64,000 nucleotides of DNA from Patescibacteria group bacterium (GCA_028714455.1 JAQTMG010000002.1:102047-166046), one strand, 5' to 3'; shown: positions 26,496 through 35,789, counted from the first letter of the stretch. Program-made: numbers and translations. The notes: a model not told the origin generated them from the sequence alone.

Positions 26496-26654
26496 TTACT
26501 TTTTGAACGCAAAAGACAAGAGCATGATGGTTAAAGCATTAAGAATCACCAATATTAGCGCTGTTTGCCATTTCTCCGCAAAGGGATTTCTTAAAATATA
26601 AACCGTGTAGATTATTGCAATAATTGCCGCGCCGATAAAATTTCCTTTTACCAT
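26496..26654 (-). CDS. hypothetical small membrane protein (52 aa, below ORF-track cutoff)
   Basis: MVKGNFIGAAIIAIIYTVYILRNPFAEKWQTALILVILNALTIMLLSFAFKK has two hydrophobic helices. A terminator hairpin follows. Confidence 0.4.
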   Translation of the reverse strand: MVKGNFIGAAIIAIIYTVYILRNPFAEKWQTALILVILNALTIMLLSFAFKK

Positions 26655-26806
26655 AATTTTATATTTATTTAGTTATACTATTGTAAAAGCGCCTGGGCTC
26701 GCTGTGCCTGCGGCACATCGCTCGCCCTTCGAATCCCAACGCAAACAAAGCAGTTTGTTTGCTCCCCCTCGGTTGAAGGGTTAAATTACTTAAAAATTTA
26801 TCGATG

Positions 26807-26881
26807 TGGCTCCGGGGGTGGGATTCGAACCCACGACCAAAGGATTAACAGTCCTCTGCGCTACCACTGCGCTACCCCGGA
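26807..26881 (-). tRNA. tRNA-Asn(GTT)
   Basis: The reverse complement folds as TCCGGGG...CTGTTAA...GTGGG-TTCGAAT-CCCAC-CCCCGGA-G-CCA. Confidence 0.9.
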
Positions 26882-27084
26882 AAATTTTGAATTTACTTCA
26901 CAACCACTACTTGCCCTTGCACCTTTGTGGTGCTGGGCGCTACCCCGGAATGGTATTAATAAAAAAACGAAATAGATTCGTTTTTTTACATTTGGAATAT
27001 AACATGTTTTTGAAAGAACGTCAATTTTGATCTTGATTTAAAATCGCCATATCAGCGATTTTTTGATATAGTTATAATATTCAA

Positions 27085-28182
27085 ATGAATAAAGCAATTA
27101 CATACAATATTATTGGGGTGTTGGTGGTTTTGGCCATAATCATTTTTAAGATACCGCTGATTTGGGTAATTCTTGGGATATTGATCCTTTTAATTTTTAT
27201 AATCTTTAATCCCTTTATACCCTCCGTGGAAAGCATTCCTAAGGGATTTACTGAAAAAAAATTCAATACCGGAAAAATAATTTTGAATTATATTGAAGGG
27301 CCGGATAATGGTCCTCCATTATTATTCATCCCGGGACAAATGGAATTCTGGCAGGGATATAAATTGGTAATTCCAAACTTTTCAAAAAATTATCATGTTT
27401 TTGTCGTTGACGTCCGGGGGCACGGAAAATCTACCAGAACTCCGGGCGAATATTCTTACAATATAATCGGAGAGGACCTTAAAGAATTTTTGGAAAAGGT
27501 TATTAAGAAGCCAGCGATTGTATCCGGACTTTCTTCCGGGGCTGTTCTTTCGCTTTGGTTGGCAGCCAACGCGCCCGAATTTGTTTCCATCGCAATCAGC
27601 GAAGACCCGCCATTCTTTTCTTCTATGTGGCCAAGAATTAAAGAAGAAAAATATATGTATCGTCTGTTTGAGGTCGCGGTTGATTGTCTTGGGAAACCGG
27701 AAAGAGATATATTGGGTTATTTTATGGCGCAGGGAATTCCAAAAGAGGGCCACGAGAAACTCTTTCTTATTCCTCCCTGGATAGCCAAATTTATAGTTGG
27801 GCTTTATGAACTTAATAAAAAAATCAGACCATCAAAACAATATGATATTCCTTTAGCGCCGTTCAGCGGACGGGTGGGATTCAAATTTTTGAATGAATAC
27901 GATGTTGATTTTTCAAAGGCAACGATTGACGGACGGTTAACTGAAGGATTTGATCCGGAAAACACTTTAAAAAAAATCAAATGCCCTGTCTTATTGATTC
28001 AGGCGCGCTGGTCCAGGCATAAAACCTGGGGATTGCTTGGAGCATTAGACGATAATGACGTTGAAAAAATTCGCTCAATCGTAAAGGATATTAAGGTGGC
28101 AAAAGTGAACGCTATTCATGACGTTCATTTGGCAAAACCAAAGATATTTATTAAAGTGGTGAATGATTATTTGGAAGGCTAG
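27085..28182 (+). CDS. alpha/beta hydrolase with N-terminal TM segments
   Basis: HG oxyanion region (VDVRGHGKS) and a GLSSG nucleophile-elbow-like motif. Confidence 0.7.
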   Translation: MNKAITYNIIGVLVVLAIIIFKIPLIWVILGILILLIFIIFNPFIPSVESIPKGFTEKKFNTGKIILNYIEGPDNGPPLLFIPGQMEFWQGYKLVIPNFSKNYHVFVVDVRGHGKSTRTPGEYSYNIIGEDLKEFLEKVIKKPAIVSGLSSGAVLSLWLAANAPEFVSIAISEDPPFFSSMWPRIKEEKYMYRLFEVAVDCLGKPERDILGYFMAQGIPKEGHEKLFLIPPWIAKFIVGLYELNKKIRPSKQYDIPLAPFSGRVGFKFLNEYDVDFSKATIDGRLTEGFDPENTLKKIKCPVLLIQARWSRHKTWGLLGALDDNDVEKIRSIVKDIKVAKVNAIHDVHLAKPKIFIKVVNDYLEG

Positions 28183-28209
28183 AGCAATATTAAAATCTCC
28201 AAAAATATT

Positions 28210-29127
28210 ATGTATATATATTGTCCCCCCAAACCAATTGAATTAGAACTCACCGACGAGTGGGGTTTTAGAATTAGACAAAAAGCAGCCGAGTACATCG
28301 CCGCTAATCAAAACCGAACTGGCGCGGAACGAGGAAGCTCCGAAGAACAGGGATTTGGCGCACTTGCTGAAATGGTTATCCGCAATAAGTTGGGTATGCC
28401 AGAAATTAATCCGGAAAGCCATCCCCTTGGTTATGACCTTTTACTTCCTTCTGGCGTTAAAGTTGACGTAAAGTGTCGTGGCGGCTCACTCCCATTTAAA
28501 GAAGAATATGAAAGTGACGATGGAATTAAGAGGGAAGCAAAACACAATTTTTTTGCCCGCCAAATTCATGATGAAAATTTAGATACGGATATTTATGTAA
28601 TGACCCATCTTGAAACGCCAAAGAATAGAGTACTGCCCGGCACTACGCGACAAAAAAAATGGATACTATATATTTGTGGCTGGGTATCAAAAGAACGCGT
28701 ATATAAAGAGGGGGTTTATTTGCCGCGTGGTTCGCTGACAGAGCAAGGGAGAACCTGGTTCACTTATCGTGGCCAAGAGATTGAATTTTATAATCGTAAT
28801 CTTAATGGTCTCAATAACATTAATGACCTTATGAGTATTGAGTTAGCAGATGTGGAAAAGGACAAAGTCCGTGGAGGAGACTTAAATTTAACATCCGTCG
28901 ATGCTGTAAGAATCACCCATGACCTTATAGGGCGTGGCGTTTTGACAAAAGAACATCTGGCCTTTATCCAAAGGGATACTGGTCTGGAAAAAAACACAAA
29001 GCCCATCTTACATGCTAATCAATATTTCCATTTATTGAAATATCTTAAGAAAAAAGGTGCTGTCACGGACACGGAAATTGAAAAGGCGCGCCAGATCCTT
29101 CAAGAAGAACCATACGCGGGAATCTGA
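28210..29127 (+). CDS. putative type II restriction endonuclease (PD-(D/E)xK)
   Basis: GYDLLLPSGVKVDVKC fits D...(D/E)xK. It is convergent with, and overlaps, the methyltransferase gene. Confidence 0.6.
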   Translation: MYIYCPPKPIELELTDEWGFRIRQKAAEYIAANQNRTGAERGSSEEQGFGALAEMVIRNKLGMPEINPESHPLGYDLLLPSGVKVDVKCRGGSLPFKEEYESDDGIKREAKHNFFARQIHDENLDTDIYVMTHLETPKNRVLPGTTRQKKWILYICGWVSKERVYKEGVYLPRGSLTEQGRTWFTYRGQEIEFYNRNLNGLNNINDLMSIELADVEKDKVRGGDLNLTSVDAVRITHDLIGRGVLTKEHLAFIQRDTGLEKNTKPILHANQYFHLLKYLKKKGAVTDTEIEKARQILQEEPYAGI

Positions 29128-30221
29128 AATAGCTTCAGTTTATTATTTTCTATTTTTTTATATAGCGTCTCGGCTTCTTTGATGCGCTGTTTAGAGACTG
29201 CCACGTAATCCGTTCGATATTTTTTAAACAAATAGACCTCTTGATTTTTTTCAATCCCAATATATTTTCTATTTTCCAAAACCGCTGCCACAAGAAAACT
29301 GCCACTTCCGCAAGTGTTATCTAGAACTATATCACCTTCTTTAGTGAATGTACGAATAAGATATCGACCAAGCTCTACCGGTTTTTGTGTAGGATGATAG
29401 ACTCTTCCCTCGCTCTCGGCGGTCTTGAAATAAACCACGTCAGTTGGATATCTTTCGCCATTACTTTTTACCTCAACTGCTTTAAAATCACCATAAGACC
29501 CAGTTAGCTGATCTTTTCTAAATCCTTTATTGTATGGCTCCCCAGGAGTCATTTGTGGATTATATATAGGCTGATTTTTATAAAAAATACATACATCTTC
29601 ATGTCTGCGAAGTGGCTGTCTTCTTGAGTTTAAAAAATTCGTTGGCTTTGACTTAACCCAGGCTATCTTGTATTTAAACAGTTTGGGTCTGGATAACATT
29701 AAATTTGCGGTAAATAATCCCTGGCTCGTCAAAGCAATAACGCCATTGTCTCGAATAACTCGTTCATAATGTTTCCACAATTGATCAAGAGGAATGACGC
29801 TATCCCAGTGATTTTGTGTTGTACCATACGGCAGATCGCACAAAATCATATCTATTGATTTGGGCGGAATATCATTCATTACTTTCAGGCAATCACCTTC
29901 AATCACGCGATTTTCGAAATATGATATTTCCTTTTCGGTTCTATTAACTTTAATTTCAGGCTCCTCAAAATTAAAATTTTTTCTTAAATACCAGTGACAA
30001 TAAGTATTTATCGGCAATCCTTCCTGTCGTGCACGACATTTAAGCTCGAGATAAGAATTCGTTCCAAGCAAATTACGCAGTTCGCTACTTCCAAGGTCGG
30101 CGATATTTTTATATAAATCTTTATTCCTTTTACCAAAAGCTAAAATAAGTCCTTTCGCTTTTGAGCTGATCTCTTTGCGATCGGAAAAATAGACAGCTTT
30201 GAAAATTTGGTTATCTCCCAT
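29100..30221 (-). CDS. DNA methyltransferase, beta-class (N6-A or N4-C)
   Basis: Motif IV DLPYG precedes motif I TCGSGSF. There is an extra N-terminal region of about 100 aa. Confidence 0.85.
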   Translation of the reverse strand: MGDNQIFKAVYFSDRKEISSKAKGLILAFGKRNKDLYKNIADLGSSELRNLLGTNSYLELKCRARQEGLPINTYCHWYLRKNFNFEEPEIKVNRTEKEISYFENRVIEGDCLKVMNDIPPKSIDMILCDLPYGTTQNHWDSVIPLDQLWKHYERVIRDNGVIALTSQGLFTANLMLSRPKLFKYKIAWVKSKPTNFLNSRRQPLRRHEDVCIFYKNQPIYNPQMTPGEPYNKGFRKDQLTGSYGDFKAVEVKSNGERYPTDVVYFKTAESEGRVYHPTQKPVELGRYLIRTFTKEGDIVLDNTCGSGSFLVAAVLENRKYIGIEKNQEVYLFKKYRTDYVAVSKQRIKEAETLYKKIENNKLKLFQIPAYGSS

Positions 30222-30248
30222 GCATATATTATAGTATGATACCTAAGT

Positions 30249-30276
30249 AAAATCTATAGTAAAATTTATAGATTTT
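30249..30276. promoter_or_regulatory. 10-bp perfect inverted repeat upstream of the methyltransferase gene
   Basis: AAAATCTATA-8 nt-TATAGATTTT, 28 nt upstream of the MTase start codon. Confidence 0.4.
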
Positions 30277-30310
30277 ATCCACAACTAGCCTTGACAACAA
30301 TGTTATATTA

Positions 30311-30333
30311 TTCTAACATTAAGATAGTTAGAA
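30311..30333. promoter_or_regulatory. inverted repeat TTCTAAC-9 nt-GTTAGAA, candidate operator
   Basis: It lies just downstream of TTGACA (30291-30296) and upstream of the DUF2178/HTH pair. Confidence 0.4.
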
Positions 30334-30359
30334 ATAATTAACATAATTAAACAAAACGT

Positions 30360-30746
30360 ATGACTAAAAAAACATTTTTAATTTACAAAATCATCGCGGT
30401 TATTGTCGTAGGTATCGCTTTTGGCGCCTCTGTCAATTTCGGCAACTGGTATCTGCCCCTGGCCATTCTTATCGCGGCCTGGGTTTTTCTGTATATTTTG
30501 AGGACCAGAGTTAAAGAAGTAATAGCAGACGAGCGCGACTATAACCTAGCCGGCAAGGCCTCGGCCTTGTCATTGAGAATTTTTGCCTCATTGGCAGTTA
30601 TCGCCGGCTTTATTCTTTATGTCGCCGAAAAGCAGAACGAAACTATGTTTGCGATCGGCAGTGTTCTTATGTATTCAGCCGGTTTTCTAATGCTGCTTTA
30701 CGCTATTATTTTTAAAATTTACGAAAAAAAAGATGAACGCAATTAA
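30360..30746 (+). CDS. DUF2178-like membrane protein
   Basis: Four TM helices. It overlaps the following small HTH gene, a common pairing. Confidence 0.6.
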   Translation: MTKKTFLIYKIIAVIVVGIAFGASVNFGNWYLPLAILIAAWVFLYILRTRVKEVIADERDYNLAGKASALSLRIFASLAVIAGFILYVAEKQNETMFAIGSVLMYSAGFLMLLYAIIFKIYEKKDERN

Positions 30747-30933
30747 AGTAAGGGTAAAAGAATTTCGGCTTAAAAAAGGCCTGACCCAAGAAGAATTAGC
30801 CAGACGAGTTGGTGTGCGTAGAGAAACTATTGTTTTTCTTGAACAAGGGAAATATAATCCGTCTCTAAAACTGGCACTTAACATAGCCAAAGAATTAAAA
30901 ATACCAGTTGATGAATTATTTTCTTTAGCATAA
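30733..30933 (+). CDS. XRE-family HTH regulator (YozG-like)
   Basis: [34 protein letters not shown]. Confidence 0.85.
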   Translation: MNAIKVRVKEFRLKKGLTQEELARRVGVRRETIVFLEQGKYNPSLKLALNIAKELKIPVDELFSLA

Positions 30934-30982
30934 ATAACGTAATTCAAAAAAGACCCAAGGAGGGCCTTTTTTGAGTATTTGA

Positions 30983-31597
30983 CTATTTATTTCTATTTTT
31001 CAGATGTCTCCAAATATATAGAACGATGAGTAAGAGCAGAAGCAACAGCATGAGTAAATCAAAGTTATGTAATTTTTGCTGGATTAGTTCCCAATTATTG
31101 CCCAATTTCACGCCCAGCCAGGTGAATAAGATGGTCCAGGGGATCACACCAAGAAAAGTAAATAAGGAGAATTTTTTAAAGTTCATTTCAGCTATGCCAG
31201 CCGGAAAGGAAATATAAGTTCTGATGACAGGCAAAAGCCGGCCAAAAAATACTGCCCAGTCACCATATTTATTAAACCATCTATCCGCCAAATTTAAATC
31301 ATGATGAGAAATTAAAATATATTTGCCATATTTTTCTATCAAAGTTCTGCCTCCATATCTGCCAATCAGATAGGCCAGACATGAGCCGACTAGATTGCCC
31401 AAGACACCGAAAATTACCACCAGCCAGAATAACAATCTGCCGTTGACAATTAAAAAACCAGAGAATGACATGATAATTTCCGAGGGGATAGGCAAACCGC
31501 AACTTTCCAAAAGCATCAGTATAAAAACTCCGGCATAACCGGTCTTGTCGATTATGGCAATAATGATTTGTATAAAAAAGTTTATCAGGGCTGTCAT
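30983..31597 (-). CDS. DedA family membrane protein
   Basis: SNARE-associated/DedA motifs (GLPIPSE, GRLLPVIRTYISFPAG). Confidence 0.85.
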   Translation of the reverse strand: MTALINFFIQIIIAIIDKTGYAGVFILMLLESCGLPIPSEIIMSFSGFLIVNGRLLFWLVVIFGVLGNLVGSCLAYLIGRYGGRTLIEKYGKYILISHHDLNLADRWFNKYGDWAVFFGRLLPVIRTYISFPAGIAEMNFKKFSLFTFLGVIPWTILFTWLGVKLGNNWELIQQKLHNFDLLMLLLLLLLIVLYIWRHLKNRNK

Positions 31598-31699
31598 ATG
31601 CTTTTCATTATATTATTTTGAGCGCGTTTGGACAAGGCGGCGCTCTTTTATTTTTCTTCAAAAAGAGCTAAGATTGAATTAAGAAATTAACAAAAAATC

Positions 31700-32290
31700 A
31701 TGAAAAAAATCATTATCGGTTTTGTCAGCGCGTTGGTCATTATTGGTCTTGGTACCATTATTTATTATTTTGTGATGCCGCGCGAGCTTGGCTCGCTGCA
31801 GAATATTGATTTAAAATCGTCTGGTCCCACTGCTTCAAATCAGCCAATCAATAAAACCCAAGAATCAAACGACTATAAAATTTTAAAAACGACTGACTTT
31901 GAAGTCAAATATCCCAATTGGCAAAACATTGACGTTTCAACCATCCCTGACGCGAAATATGTGAAAGTGGCCGTCTCTAACCAAAGATGTGTTTTAATAA
32001 TCAAAGGTACTCCTTTACCCGCCAACACTAGCTACAAAGATTATATCGAGGGGATTATTAAGCAATCGGGCGCAGCTTTAAAAATAAATTCGCAACAAAT
32101 AAATAGCGCTTCGGCTTATCTGGATGGAGATGTCACTTCTGGACAAACCATTTTAAGAAACATTTCTTATAGCTATTTAGCCAAGAGCAACGTTGTCTAT
32201 GGCCTGGCCTTTGTTTCGGAAAAAAGCGTGTTTGAAAATTATTGCCGTGAGACGATTGAGAACGTAATTAATAGCGTGATTGTAAAATAA
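31700..32290 (+). CDS. hypothetical membrane-anchored protein
   Basis: N-terminal TM segment and 196 aa. Its stop abuts the PP2C gene. Confidence 0.55.
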   Translation: MKKIIIGFVSALVIIGLGTIIYYFVMPRELGSLQNIDLKSSGPTASNQPINKTQESNDYKILKTTDFEVKYPNWQNIDVSTIPDAKYVKVAVSNQRCVLIIKGTPLPANTSYKDYIEGIIKQSGAALKINSQQINSASAYLDGDVTSGQTILRNISYSYLAKSNVVYGLAFVSEKSVFENYCRETIENVINSVIVK

Positions 32291-32291
32291 T

Positions 32292-33062
32292 ATGAAAGAA
32301 TCCATTCTAAATATAACCAAACCAAAAGAGTCAATTCCATCTTTTGAAAAATTTTCCGGCCTCTGGGAAAAAGGTTTTGAGGACATTAAAATATTTAACG
32401 GCAAAAGCGGCCGGATTGTCATGGGCACTGACAAGGGGTTGCGTGAACAGAATGAAGATATTATTGCCGTTGATTTTGGAAACGACGCCTTTGCCGTGAT
32501 TGATGGCATGGGCGGCTATGCGCATGGCCAAGAGGCGGCCCAAATAGTTGGCCTGCAATTTTTAAAAGCAGTCAAAGAAAAATTGAGCCCGCGCGAGATG
32601 CATAAAAATGCCCACATCGTGATGCAATGTACCGGTTTCAAAGAAAGCGGCGCCGTTTATCTGGCTGGCCAAATTGAAAAGAAAAAATTAAAAATCTGGT
32701 CTGCCGGCGATGCGCATTTAGTTGTTGTGGACAGTAAGGGTGAGATTAAATTCTCATCGAAATATACAACCTTGCAAGACGCGCCAAGCGGTCATGGACT
32801 TGGTGAAGCCAAAACCGATTTTACTTTACTAGAAAATTATGACAGAATTTTTGTTGGAAGTGATGGCTTGTTTAATAATATTAAAGATGAAGAGCTTAAA
32901 AATCTGAAAGGCGTGCCAATAGAAAAAGCCATGCAAGAATTGGTTAAATCCGCTAAAAATGCCATGAAAAACGGTCTTGATGAAAATACCGGCGGCAGTC
33001 CTGACAATCTTACGATTTTAATTTATGAAATTTTGCCCACGCCGTTACGTGGAAAAAATTAA
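32292..33062 (+). CDS. PP2C-family Ser/Thr phosphatase
   Basis: DGMGG and GSDGL metal-binding motifs. Confidence 0.75.
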   Translation: MKESILNITKPKESIPSFEKFSGLWEKGFEDIKIFNGKSGRIVMGTDKGLREQNEDIIAVDFGNDAFAVIDGMGGYAHGQEAAQIVGLQFLKAVKEKLSPREMHKNAHIVMQCTGFKESGAVYLAGQIEKKKLKIWSAGDAHLVVVDSKGEIKFSSKYTTLQDAPSGHGLGEAKTDFTLLENYDRIFVGSDGLFNNIKDEELKNLKGVPIEKAMQELVKSAKNAMKNGLDENTGGSPDNLTILIYEILPTPLRGKN

Positions 33063-33126
33063 TATATTATTTTTCATTAAAATCAAGCAAATTCTAATCA
33101 AATGAAAAAAGCCGCCTGATTCTCAA

Positions 33127-33159
33127 AAGACCCCGAGATAGCATTAAGGGGTCTTTTTT
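33127..33159 (+). terminator. hairpin, left copy of the pair flanking thrC
   Basis: AAGACCCC/GGGGTCTT stem plus a T run. The stems are identical to those at 34612-34646. Confidence 0.7.
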
Positions 33160-33242
33160 ATTATATATGACTTGATTTTTTTATTTTTATCTGTTAAGGT
33201 TATCCATCGGAACATTGAAAAAATAAAATTAAGGAGGAAAAA

Positions 33243-34604
33243 ATGGAAAAAGCGTTTACGATGGATCAAACGTGGCTACAATGCATGAATTGCGGACACA
33301 GAGCCGACTTGCTGGAGGAAAGAAAATTCAGGTGCCCAGAGTGCGGAGGACTCTATGATATTGAGCACAATTTTAAAAGATTGCCCGTTGATCTTGGGGA
33401 TGATTCGTCGGGAAGAAAATGGAGTTTTAAATCGTTGTCGTCCCGTTATTTTCGCGAGCTTTTTCAGGCCAGAGCTGGGGGCGCTTTCAATTCTTTTAAG
33501 CCGGAATGTGTTTCAGGCATCTGGCGCTACAAGGAATGGATTATGCCGTACTTGCCCGAAGGTCAGATTGTCACTTTGCACGAAGGCAACGTGCCAATCG
33601 TGCCAGCCGGTAAAAATCTTCAGGCCTGGGTCGGCGATGTTGAGCTTTATATCATAATGGAAGGCATGACTCCGACCGGTTCATTCAAGGATTTCGGCGG
33701 CACGGTCATGATGTCCATTGCCAAAGCCGCTGGCATCAAAGCCGTTTGTTGCGCCTCAACCGGCGACACTTCGGCCATGGCCGCGGCTTATGCGGCGGCG
33801 GCCGGCCTTGCCTGTGTGGTCATTTTGCCCCGCGGCAAAGTCACGCCAGTTCAATTGGCTCAACCGCTTGTTCACGGCGCCAGAGTCATCACTTTGCCCG
33901 GCAGCTTTGACGATTGCATGCGCGTCATGCAGGAACTCGTTAGAGAATACGGCATCTACCCGGCCAACAGTCTTAATCCTTCGAGGATCGAGGGCCATCA
34001 GGCCACGGTTTTTCAAATCGCCCAGCGCTTTAACTGGAATTTACCCGATTGGATTTCGGTGCCAGTGGGCAACGGCAGTAATTGTTCATCGGTTGGCAAA
34101 GCTCTGCGTCTTATGAAAAAATTCGGCTTTCAAGCGCCGACCAAAATTTTGGGCTGCCAATCAACGGCCGCCGATCCGCTTTCTTTTCCCTGGTTCGGCG
34201 GAATCACCCTGGAAAAGTGGAAAGCAGATTACTCGCCGATTAAAGTAGGCGAAACTTCTGCCACGGCCGCCAGAATCGGCGACCCTGTCTCTCGCGACAA
34301 AGTCATGAGAGAAATTCTGGCCTCGCATGGCGCCATGCAAACCGCGGCTGAAAGAGAATTGAACGAAGCCGTGGCCATTTGTGGTAAAGACGGCCATAAT
34401 GTCTGCCCGCAAACTGGCATGGCTCTGGCTGGCGTAAGAAATGCCTTGAAGTGCGGCCAAATTAAGGCGGGGGAGCGAGTTATTGTCGTTTCCACCGCAA
34501 CCGGCCTGAAGTTTGGCGAATCTGCCGCCGCCAACCTCAAATCAAACATTATTAATGCCACCGATTGTAAAATAAGCACGGTGGCCAAAATTATGGAACT
34601 GTAA
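33243..34604 (+). CDS. thrC: threonine synthase with N-terminal zinc ribbon
   Basis: PLP lysine motif GSFKD and CMNCG...CPECG. AAGGAGG lies upstream. Confidence 0.85.
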   Translation: MEKAFTMDQTWLQCMNCGHRADLLEERKFRCPECGGLYDIEHNFKRLPVDLGDDSSGRKWSFKSLSSRYFRELFQARAGGAFNSFKPECVSGIWRYKEWIMPYLPEGQIVTLHEGNVPIVPAGKNLQAWVGDVELYIIMEGMTPTGSFKDFGGTVMMSIAKAAGIKAVCCASTGDTSAMAAAYAAAAGLACVVILPRGKVTPVQLAQPLVHGARVITLPGSFDDCMRVMQELVREYGIYPANSLNPSRIEGHQATVFQIAQRFNWNLPDWISVPVGNGSNCSSVGKALRLMKKFGFQAPTKILGCQSTAADPLSFPWFGGITLEKWKADYSPIKVGETSATAARIGDPVSRDKVMREILASHGAMQTAAERELNEAVAICGKDGHNVCPQTGMALAGVRNALKCGQIKAGERVIVVSTATGLKFGESAAANLKSNIINATDCKISTVAKIMEL

Positions 34605-34611
34605 ATAACCC

Positions 34612-34646
34612 AAGACCCCGAGATTACATCAAGGGGTCTTTTTTTA
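34612..34646 (+). terminator. hairpin, right copy of the pair flanking thrC
   Basis: AAGACCCC/GGGGTCTT stem plus a T7 run. Confidence 0.75.
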
Positions 34647-34754
34647 TTGGTTTTTGATGGAGAGTGGGTTAAGTAATCAGTTAAACGTGATTAGTGACCA
34701 ATATCCAATTACTCTCCACTAAATCCTCCACTCTCTACTCTCAACTCTAAACAA
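34639..34754 (+). repeat. strand-asymmetric intergenic repeat, copy R4
   Basis: A C-poor arm runs to 34697, followed by a 57-nt G-free run (34698-34754) containing CCAATTACTCTCCACTAA. Confidence 0.7.
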
Positions 34755-34806
34755 GTACATGGTGGTCTTTTTCTTTTTTAAAAAATTGTGCTAAAATAAA
34801 TTCAAT

Positions 34807-35778
34807 ATGCAAATTATCAAAACAGAAAACTTGACCAAAAAATTCAATGGTTTTACGGCCGTTGATAATCTTAATCTTGAAGTTCAGGAAGGCGAAATTT
34901 TTGGTTTGCTGGGGCCTAATGGCGCTGGCAAAACCACTTCTATAATGATGCTGACTACTTTACTTAAACCAAGTTCGGGCACGGCCAAGGTTAATAATTT
35001 TGACATTGTCAACCAGCCAGACGCGGTCAGAAAATCAATTGGCGTGGTTTTTCAAGACCCTAGTTCAGACGACACCTTAACCGGTTATGAAAATTTAAAA
35101 CTTCACGGACTGCTTTATGGCATGCCGGCTGACTTGCGCGAACAAAGGATTAAAGAGGTTTTGAAACTCGTTGATTTGACTGACAGAAGAAATGATTTGG
35201 TGAAAAAATATTCAGGCGGCATGAGAAGACGATTAGAATTAGCCAGGGGATTAATGCACCACCCCAAAGTATTATTTTTAGATGAACCAACGCTTGGTCT
35301 TGACCCTCAATCACGCACAACAATTTGGGCTTATGTCCAGGAGTTGGCCAAAAAAGAAAAAATATCAATCATTTTAACAACTCATTACATGGATGAAGCA
35401 GATCAGCTCTGTAATCGATTGGCCATCATTGATCATGGCAAAATTTCAGCCCTTGATTCACCGTCAAATTTGAAAAAAGTAATTGGCGGCGATGTGGTCT
35501 TGGTAAAAGTTGAAAATCCCAATCTGGATGAAATAAAAAAACTGGACTTTGTTAAAAAAACTCAAGTTCATGATGGCTACGTGACATTAACAGTTGCCAA
35601 TGCCAGTGAGAATTTAGCCCGCATTCTACAAACAATCGGCAAGGTTGAATCAGTTGATGTCCATTTGCCAACTCTAAATGATGTTTTTCTTCATTACACG
35701 GGCAAAGAAATCAGAGAAGGTTCAGCCGAGGGTGGCTGGGGCGAGAGAGTAATGAGCTTTAGATCCAGAAAAAATTAG
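34807..35778 (+). CDS. ABC transporter ATP-binding protein (DrrA-like)
   Basis: Walker A GPNGAGKTT, signature YSGGMRRR and Walker B LFLDEP. Confidence 0.9.
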   Translation: MQIIKTENLTKKFNGFTAVDNLNLEVQEGEIFGLLGPNGAGKTTSIMMLTTLLKPSSGTAKVNNFDIVNQPDAVRKSIGVVFQDPSSDDTLTGYENLKLHGLLYGMPADLREQRIKEVLKLVDLTDRRNDLVKKYSGGMRRRLELARGLMHHPKVLFLDEPTLGLDPQSRTTIWAYVQELAKKEKISIILTTHYMDEADQLCNRLAIIDHGKISALDSPSNLKKVIGGDVVLVKVENPNLDEIKKLDFVKKTQVHDGYVTLTVANASENLARILQTIGKVESVDVHLPTLNDVFLHYTGKEIREGSAEGGWGERVMSFRSRKN

Positions 35779-35789
35779 TATTATTACTT

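Noticed and set aside
28224-28229. C6 tract at codons 5-6 of the endonuclease gene as a phase-variation switch
   Set aside because: Six residues is short for slipped-strand switching, and I have no population data.
33355-34588. Several 86-132 aa ORFs on both strands inside thrC
   Set aside because: They are shadow ORFs typical of a GC-richer gene. The thrC frame has clear family motifs and spans the whole interval.
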